Shown here: positions 30,001 to 42,000 of the stretch, piece after piece | How the letters are laid out: each line of letters starts with the position of its first letter | Position numbering within the stretch: the stretch's first letter is position 1 | Source of the DNA: Laetmonice hystrix | Lineage: Eukaryota | Direction of reading: 5' to 3' | Length of the DNA: 64,000 bases | NCBI GenBank assembly: GCA_965235115.1 | Contig: OZ249436.1 | Coordinates: 11,098,001-11,162,000 of the forward strand | Program-made: the position numbers and the translations under genes | The notes under the pieces: model-generated | What the model was told of the DNA's origin: nothing | The model's input: only the letters and a program-made list of their open reading frames with translations | Databases searched by the model: none

Positions 30001-33000
30001 TATGATATGTTTTTACCTTTACACCCAGCCGCAAAACATAGCATTAGGCCAGGCATGCTTGAGTATGAATGTGACATATTTTGTCAGTAGTTATAACCTG
30101 GAAAAATATGCTAAAAGACTGTCAATGCGTTCCTGACATTGTTATACATCCAGGCAGGTTTTGTTGAAATTATTTAGGGTAGACTGTGTATGTGAAATTT
30201 GTTTTTCTGCCATGTTAAATCTGTCCATTTTCAAGTTTCGTTTCATCAGCTATGAAAAAACTCAATTCACATATAAACATAAATGTGCCGGCTTGTTTGA
30301 CTTGACAAGTTCAGACCATGTCACAAAAGGTATGAATAAAAATAAATAGGCGGAAGTCATGGGGGGAAAACGCAGTAGGTGGTGATAAAAAAAATATGAA
30401 AAAATGTAGGATCTCCAACTACGTGATTGGGACATCAGGACAAAGTCAGACAAGTCATTGTAAATGTAGCAATAGGCAGAAATTGCGACAGCTAATTTTA
30501 AATGTAATGAGTGATCTTTTTTCTCCAGATAGTGGGTAAAACTGTCAGCAGTCCTGGAAATGTATATTTTCAGACTTTCTCTCTTTCTCTGCCGTCATTT
30601 ACTGTAAGATCAATTTTAAGGGTGAGGCGACAAAATTCATCGTAACTCTTCAATAAAAACGCGACTGCAGATAGATTTGTTGTTCGCATGGTCCTTTCCT
30701 GATTTGTGGACAAGTAGAGTACCAGGTTTTACTGTGCTTTCCCGGATAAGTGTAAGCTGGAATTACCGTTCAGGTTTTACTGTGCTTTCCCGGATAGGTG
30801 TAAGCTGGAATTACCGTTCAGGTTTTACTGTGCTTTCCCGGATAGGTGTAAGCTGGAATTACCGTTTAATTAATTCAAGTCACATCTTCCACTGAACCCA
30901 GAAGCCGCATTTCTTTATTTCAAAAGAAATCCGTAGTCATCTCTTGGTCTTTCATGTTGTACCAAAGAAAAGAACATTGCTCATACATCTTTATTTAAAA
31001 CTAACCAAGAACTGGGTACCGGGATGTGGTCTTAAATCACATCAGTGAGCTTAGGTCCAGTACGTCTGATAACCCAGGACGAGAATAATCTGATAAATGT
31101 ATTGTAGATGATAAAAACTTTAGAATTTACGTGTTACAAATCATTTATAGGCGGTTTGAAAAAGTACATTCACAAGTTCTGTAATTATGTTTTTGTAAAG
31201 CCACATCACAGGACATGACTATGACATGTAGCTTGTTGCCTGTGGACGCGGTTCCTAGGAAGAGATTCTCATAAGTTATCTCTGGTTAATTGATGGTGAA
31301 TTCAGTCGGGGACAGAAACTTCCGCCCGTTGAGAGATCCTCCACCACCACCGAAAATGTAGCCTTTTCACGCCGGTCTTTAATAAAAGCCGTAAAATTGC
31401 CCGGCTATGTTTTGCAGGTCGTGGGCAGATTGGGTGCAGTTTTATGAGGAGACCATCTGACTGAGGAAGGCCGCCACAATGTGCTATCCTCGGAGGTCAA
31501 CCATAGCCTCTAGGCCGACACATTAGCTGACGACCATTTTACCTCCAGGCAGAGTCGCTACCAATTCCCATTACATGGCTTTGCGGATGCTTCAGACTTG
31601 ATACCGGTTACATGAGTTTGCCTCTGTCACTCCTAAATGACATATTTACCATCCATTACTTCGCAGGAGCACTAATAGCCAACCCAGTGGTGGCGACCAA
31701 GGCTCAGCTGGGCAACGCCGAGGAAACATAGATCCTTCATTCCAAGTATTTGCCATCGAGGTCAGCTATAGTCCAAAGTGCCCTTAAAATTATTTAGATT
31801 TCGTCCTGAATAATAGCAATTAATATAATGATGAATTGAATGTGTTATCCGCAGAAATGACTTATGGTAATTAAAATATTAGTAGTATCTGGAGTCAGTA
31901 GCTATAACCTCCTATACATCTAAATCATGTGATTCCATAGAAGAAAAACATAGCATGGCTTAATAAAGGTTGTGAAAAATTAACGATGCCAAAAGGAAAA
32001 AGGTTATGAAATATTAGCTATGCCCAAGTGATAAACGGTGATTTAATTCAAGCAGGCAGTTATTGCTCGGCGTTATCCCACTTGATGTGTTACTGCAGCA
32101 GTTAGAGCTTACAGTTGTAGTATGACGGTCGGTGATTGTTTGACGTGATGTATAGCGTTACGTTAAAACCGGAGTGTGCATCCCTATAGATCGCCACGGT
32201 CCGACGGTCCGACACCGCCACCAAGGCTTGCTTGGAGCTGGACCCGTAGAAGCTAATCATAGGTCCCCTGAGCCTCCCATAACCCCGAGCTCCCACCTCC
32301 ACGCCTCTGGTCCCACCAACACAAAACGTTCACCAGAGTAGTAAACTGTGTAGTGCCGTACTACATGCAGTCAAGGATGGCGGAGCCAAGCGATTCAGTG
32401 ATTGAAGGGAGGCCTTTTTTTGGTTGTTTTTTTTCCATGAGGGCTTCTTAATATCAAAGATTGGCATCCACATTGTGAGTGCCACTCTAGGGAAATCCGC
32501 TATATGCTCCAGCTGCCTACAGCTGCTACTAATGCATCTGTTTGCACACCATATTGCATGAGACTTGCCTAATAAATGAGTAGGTTCTTGCATTGCACTG
32601 TGTTATTTTGCAGGTAAACCACGACTGAGGGCCATTTTGAAGGGCTGATGCAATACGCTCATTTATTATCGTTCATCATTAAGACCAGAGTCATTGAGTT
32701 TGAGCACGGTTCATTTGTAAAATTAATGATTCCGTATTACGAGTAAATCGCCACTGAAGTAACCGCCGGGGGTATATTAAACAGTGGGTATATATCCAGC
32801 CTGGTACACCGATTCAAAATGAAAAGTAGCCGACTTTCGTATTTAGATTATGAAAACAGCACTTGTCACAAAAAATGTTCTCAGAGCGCACCTCGTAACC
32901 AAACTATTTGGGTGGATTCCCGGTAAAAACTTAGTTCCATCCCAGAATGCTTATTCCGCAATTTGGCATTTCCGCGATGGCTGAAATTGGTACTCGCACT

Positions 33001-36000
33001 AATTCGCCATTGACACTTAGTCACTATCAGATAAGAAAGGAGATGACATAGCAATATTCGGCGATGACACGAAACGCAACACCACATCTGTAGATTGTCG
33101 TGTGTGTTAGAAACACGGTCCGGAATTTAACCCTTTGGGCCTACTGTTAGCCGAATGAGGACTAAGGTGGTCAGTATGTGGAGATTGTGCGGATTTTCTT
33201 GGACGAAAAAAACAAATGACTAGCAAAAAAAAGACGCGAGAGTACATAGAATACTAGCCGAATCTAGGTACAGTATTTAGAGATAGGCGCTTTCTAGCAC
33301 ACAAAGCATGAAACTTTACCACCCTGGCATTGTTAAGTGGAAAAAGTAACCCGAGAACTTAATTGTGTTTTCATATTTCAAGATGAGAATAAACAAAATA
33401 AAAGTGTTGACTTACAAAGAAATGCCATTTCCTGTCAAGGCTACTCCAGGCTTGTCGTGCTTGAACGTGTCCGGAGATTGTCTTTGATACTGGTCGATAT
33501 GTGCTGAGACTGTTGGTGAGGTGACACTGCATGGCCTTGAAGTAGTGCTCAGATTACTGGGATAACTCGACTAGGTGTGGGTCAGATCATCTGTAATAGT
33601 GATATGTCTTGGAACCAATGTTCAGATGATCTTTATAATGATGCCTGGTATGTCCTATAACCACTGACAGAACCCGAACCTTTGATGTCTTACAGTGCAA
33701 TTGTTACTTTTCTTCCGCTGATACCATTGACGAGATGCTTCAGTCGCCCAGTACGATTGGTCAGAAGTACATGCCGCTTGTAATATTCCGAGACCATTGA
33801 TCAGAAGTATTGTTTTGCTTTCCAATCACCGTTGGCCAAATCTACGAAATACAACACCCAAGAAGTCTGTGTTTGGTGAATCACGCCCCAAGAGATGTGT
33901 CTGCACACAGCTGGTACGAACAGTAAGAAAAAGAAAGCCGACAGGGGTTGAGATGAATCTTCTTCTCAGCAGGTAACCAGCGTTTATCATCTCCTCTTGC
34001 AGCAGTAGACAACATGGTTGGTGGTACATGATGTCGCCCTGCCCGCCGGCAAGTTACATGTAGTCATGGTGGACACAGCCCCACCGTAAGGCTGGAACCA
34101 AGCCTGGTAGTCGGCTGGCTCACCGTACCCTGCCAGCCGCACTGATTACCTCACGAACAGCCCTAATGACATCGAAGACACACTGGACATCCGATACAAC
34201 TCCAAAGCCAACTCCTGCATGCGCTGTTATGTACTCAATGGATAGCTTGTCATTTCATACATATCGGCTGGCTTTTTATCAGAGGGTTGAGTGGTATGGC
34301 CACGCAGAGTATAGGAGTCAGTGCTCGCAAGCTTTCGTCCGATCGAAGACAAAAGAGTGAGCAACAGTCTTGTCAAACTCGCATCACAAGCCGGCCTCAC
34401 GAAGCGTTCACCTTGGATCTCATACTAAAGTACTAAACTATTGCTGCTGAAAAAAATTCTTCGGTCACATGACTCATTTTATAACCATATGTGAGCCTAT
34501 CCCCAAAACATGTTAAAAAACATGGCACATGTTCTATCGTAATGTTATCACTGGTTAAAGCATTTGAAAGTGTGATCTTTATCATCGATGTTATTTTTAA
34601 ATGTCAGGTGCATGTATTATGGATCTGAAAACAGAATAATTGCTAAACGATACTCAATCACACAGTTTGTGCCTTTATAGATGATGGCGCAATGCTCAAA
34701 TAGCTTGAAACCAGGTTACCAAGGGAATCTACGAGTCAATGTATGGTGGATAGCAGCTGAGATAGAGAGACCACGGACTTTGAAACTTGAGGCAAGCGGG
34801 TTAGCCACAGTACTTGCATCCTTTCTACAACACTGAGTGGTAGTCAGGTAATGGGTTTTTTCACTCAGGCGTGGACGGAGGAGGGGTAGTAGTAGGACCG
34901 CCTGCTCGTTTCTCGTCGGACCTTTGGACGAGGGAAGCGGAGAGAGAGGGAAAGAGAGGGAAAGGGAGAGGGAGAGGGGGAGGGAGGGAGGGAGAGATCG
35001 AGAGCAAAGATCCACCCGCCAGTGATGCCCGGGAGCCCAGTGAGGCGACACAGGGCTGTATTTTTTGTGCTTCTTTATTGAAACCTTGCGTCAAGCGGAG
35101 AGATGGGGGCAGCTGGCGGGACGACGACTGTTCTCCCATGTCTTTCAAAGTCGGCCAGCGAGGACTGACTGAGTGAATGACGCAGGCGGACTCTGTATCC
35201 TTATATACGGCCCAGCATCAGTTGGGCAATAGATTGTCCGAGAGCCGCCGAGTTGGCGTGTATGTCAAGTGTTGACGTCTGACTATAGGAAACCGAGAGC
35301 GGTTAACGCTGAAACTTGTCGGTCCTCACCACAACTCAGGTGGGCTCATCGTGAAGCAGGAAGGTCTGGTCAGTCAAGCCGTACTGTGGCGATGAGGCGT
35401 GCTTACATGATGATGGGGTACGAGTTGCTGCTGTCAGTTGTCGACGAGTTAAGGCGGACCGTCTGAGGTCCCGCCAGTGGGGCGGATCTCGGGGAGCGCC
35501 GACCGTGGCGGTGACAAGGCTGCACACGAGTGCTGCGAGCACGTGTCAAAAAGCGGCACACCGCGCGGATCCTCCTCCTCCTGCCCCTCCTCCTCCTTCT
35601 CCTCCCCATCCGCCACTCACTCTCATCATGAGCGCTGACGCTGTATCCCTACCGGCAGCGACCCACCACTGCGACACAAGTCTAGATGTAGCCGTGTACA
35701 CTGGTACTTTTAGGCTTTAGGCGTGTTGCGGTGGTCTTGTGGGAACGGCCAAGAGAGCTTTTCTAAGGTGTGTCGTCTGGACGGTTGCCATTGGAGGCTG
35801 TGAAACCGCTGACCTGATGGTGCTCGCCTGACTACTGGTAGCCACTCTGTGACCGGTCATTGACTGGACACCTAGCTTGCCATATAGAGTTCTGAACACC
35901 ACCAGTTTGTGACCGGTCAGTGACGGGCTAAGCTGAGCCGGTTTCCCCCAGGTTGACAATTCCCAATTATTGGGAATTGGTTGTCAGCACCTTTTGCTGT

Positions 36001-39000
36001 GTGTCTCCCGGAAAGGTCCGGGAGGAAATCCTTTGGGAGCTCCTTGTCCCCGGTGACCCATCACCCACCCGCGGGACAGTGTCCCACTAAGAGCACTGTG
36101 TCTACATAACGGAATATGACGCGGATCACTAATTGGTCATTAAGGCCGTGAATTGCACGGAGAACAATTGAGTCGTGATTGGTGGCGTTATCTACAGGGA
36201 GTCGTGACGGGTGGGCGGTGGGAGAGAGATGTGTGAAGCATGAGTGTAACTCCCACTGTTACAGCGACGGCTGCTGCCGCTACCACAGACAGCCTCCTGT
36301 TGATGCAGCCGGAGCACATGGACCACGAGACGGGCGTTATCCTATTGTGTTCTGGCTGGCAGGAGCACAGAATGCTTCTGTTTTACCCATCACTGTTGTA
36401 ACCACGTCAGCGCGCCGGTGATAAACTTTTTACAGTGTGGGGGTCGTATTGTCAATAGAAACTGTGGGTGAACCAAAGCACAGGGACTATTCTTGATTAG
36501 ACCGCGGATAGAGTAGAGCCATCAGGAGCCAGGGACGGATATCGGCTCAGACTGAATTTAAAACAAATTGAGCCTCGCCAGCTGAGATCTACCTATGTGA
36601 CCCAGGCCCACCTGGGAGGAACATCGGCGAATAAGGAGGGAAATGTGAGGGAAAGGGAAGACTTGCGACCGACTCTGAGAGGTAGATTGGCTGTCGGCGA
36701 CAGGCTCTTTACGACGGACAAGGTGTGAACAAGCACTGTATTTGTTGATCAGGATATATCTGTCTCACATGAACATGAACTCGGGCCAAAAATCGCCAGC
36801 TGCGTCTGTCTGGCCTGTGATGTCTCCTGCCTTGAACTATCTGTGATGACCCAAGTGGTGATTTTTTGAGGGCCAGCGTTGAGCTTTTTTCCGGGAGCTA
36901 GCTATCGGTTTCAAGCAGTGCGTCTGTTTTGAGTCTGCTACTGCCGTCAGAAATTGCTACACTTCATTTGTATCCGTTGGTGCTAATATTGGATGATGTT
37001 GGACCCGTCAGAACAGCCTTATCTCATGGATTATACAATGGGGCACCACTCTGGATTATCGGTGGCCCACATGGGGTATCCAGCGGCCCACGGTGGCCCA
37101 CCGTCCGGCTACTACCAAACTCTGGACCTCAGCATGCGTCCTCCGCCACTACCCCACACCAGTATGTTACCGCCTTCCAACACATTCTCACATGGTAACT
37201 ATTTTATCTTTTACATCCATGTCTACTGAAATAACACCAGCCAGCCGTCTGGTAACCCTCCCACAGTATGTCACCGACGTTAACAGTATAAGATATGTAC
37301 GTATATGTAGAAATATGGTTGGAGTGTATGGTGGAGGGGTAGATGTTGAGGAGGAGATGAGAATTAGGTCAGTGTGAGTGGAAGGTGATGACATGTAGAA
37401 CCGGGAGGGCTGGAGGGTGATGACTGCAAATTTCACTAACTCCGTGTCATTAGTCATTGGTGGGGGTGGGGGTGGGGGTGAGGCAGTGGGGGTTAAATGG
37501 TCACGATCAGTAAAACTCCAGCCTACTGCTGCAGCTGGACTCTATGAATCAAGGAGACATGTGGGTCTGCCCTCCCTCTCCCTCTCCCTCGCTGTCTCCT
37601 GTACCTGCCGTCGGAGTACCTCAGGACGTATGCCTGTCAGATAGCGTTAGGAATCATTTGTTTCTGAACAATGTGTTCCTTGTCCGGAGATTGGGGACAG
37701 AAAGACAAAATGAAAACTTATAGCAATCTATCCTGATGACCAAGTAGAGAGGCAGAGAAGTTGTGAAAAAAGATTGGTGTGAGTGTGTGTCCACGTGTAC
37801 GTCTGTGAACCGACAGGTGCACTGGCAACTTTACCTCGGGTGAACCTCTCTTCTTCTCCTCGACATCTAAAGTCTCTCCATGTATCAAACTTATTCCTGC
37901 TATATAAGTTATGATCATGAACATTATCGGTTATTGAAATAATGCAGGCCTGTCAAGTTGACTGATAGTACCGACTAGTCCGGAGGTCACTTACCGCTCC
38001 AAGGTCATTTGGATACACTTAACTGTGGTAGCTCTCATTCTAGTATTGCATACATTAACAGGAACGTGTAACGTGAATTATGATTAGACATTTTGTCATT
38101 GCACCCGGAAGTTACTCAGTCTTGGCCCTCCTTGGGGCCGAGTTGGCAGGTCAGGGTTAACTTTTCATAAGGTTCGGATCGGGTTGGCAGGGCGGGGTTT
38201 AGCATTAATCTGTCATTAGGTTCAGATCGGGTTGGCAGGGCAGTCCTTACCGTTGTTAACCTGTCATTAGGTTCAAGTCGAGTTGACAGGGCAGTCCTTA
38301 CCGTTGTTAACCTGTCATTAGGTTCAAGTCTAGTTGGCAGGGCAGTGCTTACCGTTAACCTATCATTAGGTTCAGATCGGGTTGGCAGGGCAGTGCTTAC
38401 CGTTGTTAACCTCTTATTACGTTCAAGTCGAGTTGACAGGGCAGTCCTTACCGTTGTTAACCTGTCATTAGGTTCAGGTCTAGTTGGCAGGGCAGTGCTT
38501 ACCGTTAACCTGTCATTAGGTTCAGATCGGGTTGGCAGGGTAGTGCTTACCGTTGTTAACCTGTCATTAGGTTCAGATCGGGTTGGCAGGGCAGTGCTTA
38601 CCGTTGTTAACCTGTCATTAGGTTCAGATCGGGTTGACAGGGCAGTGCTTACCGTTAACCTGTCATTAGGTTCAGATCGGGTTGGCAGGGCAGTGCTTAC
38701 CGTTGTTAACCTGTCATTAGGTTCAAGTCGAGTTGACAGGGCAGTGCTTACCCTTGTTAACCTGTCATTAGGTTCAGATCGGGTGGCAGGTCAGTGTTGA
38801 TTTAGGTTTATAAAATGTATGATCCTGATCAATTCACCACAGGATATAATTTAACTATACGTGTACACGAACGTGTTCACTCAATATCTGTTTAAGAGAT
38901 GTGTAATTAATTTAAAGGGGGTATATTAGCAAGGGCAGGTTTGAATTCGGGACCATTGCTATAATATTTTTGGACTGAATCACAGGTTTTGAAATAGTGT

Positions 39001-42000
39001 TCAATCATAAGAATACCACCATCAAACAAGTGACATTAAGGAAACGACACGTATGTATTATATTGGGATGGGGGTATTAAGTAATTGTGGGCCAAGCCTT
39101 CCCATCAGGCATTCCAGCATGGCTTCAAAAGTTTGGGGCGTTTTTAAAACAAATGTGTTACAAATGTTAAGTTCCAGGAAATGTTATTTGTCCGTGAAGT
39201 ATTTTCCAGAAAAATGGCAGTTCATTTTGTTACAGCCGTCAAATCATAAAAAAGAACTTTGCTTGTGGCTAGAGACGAAGGAAATTATATTGGGCCCTCC
39301 GGGGAGATCGGCCATTACATTAGGAAACAAATGGGACATATGTCATTGGTGGCCTCACCAGTTCTGTCAACTTCCATTCTATTCATGACAAGTTGATTTT
39401 ATGGGATATGGTCGGCTGTTCAGAAGGTAGGACTGCATGGAATAGCATCACTGTATCCTAACAAACTTATAACACGGGAAATATGCTCTAATATTGATGC
39501 GTACGAACATTTACTGCCCATAGCAGGCTTAATATAATCAGGTGGACACAGTAGGCAGTAGTCGGCCGTAATAATATCTGGTAGTTTGACGTTAAGGATG
39601 GGCGCCCCCCACCCCCACCACCACCACCACCACCATTACCACACTGTAGGCACAGGTGAGACCGATTGTCTACACTGAGCGTTGAGTACCGGTAGTGGTC
39701 AGTGTAGTTTCCAATGGACCTGACCTCAGACAGACATTAAGATTAATGGCCTTCAGGTGAGAGGCATATCCTGCCTGCCTCAGGCCTTAACCTACCCACC
39801 ATGGGCCCGTGGACCCCTAATAACAACAGCCAGCCTCGCTCTACCGGTGTCGTCTTCTACTCTTACCTGGCCTTCAAATCTTCCCGTGTGGTCAGCCACA
39901 CGTAACATTGATGTAATGCTGGGAGGGCGGGGAGAACTACCGTTTGACGTTATGATGGGTTGTCGTGCACGGCATGGGCCAACTGTCTGCCGCAGTCAGG
40001 CCGCAGTCAACCAATTCCCAACCAAGGACATAAGGCCATGACGAGAAGATGTGTGAAACCGCTGCATGACAAAACAGAAAATCTAATTTTCTCATCCGGT
40101 TTTATATCTGCGGCATTGATCTCAAGTTACGGTTGTTGAGGTTGAGCCGCAGGGTCGGGGGAGTCATGTACACGATGGTTAGGTTTTAAACTCTGTGTTT
40201 AAAACAGAGATTGCTGTCTGGTTTAAAGTGTGTTTAAAACGAAACTGGTCCATGTTCAGGGAGAGAACACTAAAGACTGAAGTTACATATGTATTTCGAA
40301 AGTAAAGCAAGAAGGTACATTAGTAGGATTTTGTAAGCGTTGCTGAGTATTGTATTTATACAAGTTTTTAATGCTAGGATAGTCTTCAGCATTCATTGTC
40401 GCACAAGGTAAGTGCCACATTGCGAAGATGTCCGGGCAAGTGATTGCAAATGACTGACGATGATAACCGTCGGAATAACGGCCTACAGTTTCAATGCTCT
40501 AGCAGAAAATGACAAATGATTTAATAATGTTTTATGAATGAATGAGTGCAGAGTTATAGATCGGGCCCGTTTGCTGTGTAAATACAGATTCGCTCTAGGC
40601 CAGGAGAGAATCACATCGGACACAATAACAGTTTGATTTAGTTGTCTGGAAAACGTAAAAGTGATTTCCTAATAAAGGTTGAATACTTGAGGGCACAGCG
40701 AGGCCATCAAGCCCTGACTGTGACGGATGACATGAGCTGTCTTTCTGAGTGGGAAGGGCGTTACAACAAGGCCCCGTGAGTAGAGGATAAATACCTGGGA
40801 AATAATAGAGAATGGCCAAGCAATCTCGCAGCTACTCCAGCCTGCTTGATTAACTGGTCATATCTGTGAGATATCATACCGTCTGATAACCAACCTCATT
40901 TATATCGGATACAATTTGAGGCCAACGATTAAACGTTACACCATTATGTGCCTCATGTCGTACAGTAGCTGACCCGAATTGACATGAGATAATACCATAA
41001 TATCAAATAATAATATCACAATATCAAGTAATGTAGACCTATACAGGTCGAACGTCTGTACATGGCCATTTTTTGCACACTGGAAAAATATAGTTTGACC
41101 TGGAATAACCTCTTACCCCGACCAAAACTAATTGTAATTATCGTTCGTATGTCTACAAGAATACATGTATATTAAAATAATTATGTCTACAGGTAATTGC
41201 TTTTGGGAGAGCCGTCTCATATTTATACCTTTTACAAGCACCCAGACAAGCCTTGAACTTGGCAAGGTAAACGTACACGTTATTAAGCATTAAGATAATG
41301 TTTTAAAAAGTATACAGACGGCTCGTACTGTATGTCAATTCCTAGGACTGACTCCTTTTTAAAATCGTCATGTAAAACGCTACCGGCCCCATCCCAGCGC
41401 AACCAAAGAAATAAAATGGAAATGTCGTGGTGCTGACGTTTGTATTTCCTTAAGGCAATAAAAGGTGAACCATCTACCATATGAAAAAGGTACCGCTGCC
41501 TACCATGGCCTTTTCGGTTAATGACGAAAAAGGAGTGTTGAAAGGTTGTCGAAATTTATAATTGTTGTATTTTATCTAATTGAGGGCAAGGACCATAGTA
41601 TAGCGAGACTGAATGCTGGCTGGCACGACGGCCTTCAGATTTGTCTTTTTCCCAAGTATTAAGTTAGCTTCATTACCTTCCTACATAATAATCATGTTGA
41701 TTTGACCCCTAGAGCAGGTTGAAAATATCGCTGGCCATAGTGGTGATATATTATGTTAAATGGTTTGGAGGAACGAACAACAGAAACCTTTTACGTTAAG
41801 TCCTACTGCCACACCAACGTTAGCAACCAACAGCTTAGATTTTTACGAACGATTTGGCTTATATACGAGTAGAAAAGCAAACATACTTTTGCTGGCCCAG
41901 TTACCATGTTGTCCTATTTTACGGAAATTAAAAACTCGGATTTATCAAAATAGCTATTGTAACTTCATACAGCGATAACGCCTAATCATTCTGTGGGTTA

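Noticed and set aside
35336-35542. Signal-peptide/neuropeptide-like minus-strand ORF ([17 protein letters not shown]...RR)
   Set aside because: Starts at GTG with an in-frame TGA two codons upstream and no ATG or acceptor; it lies in a GC-rich promoter region where such ORFs arise by chance.
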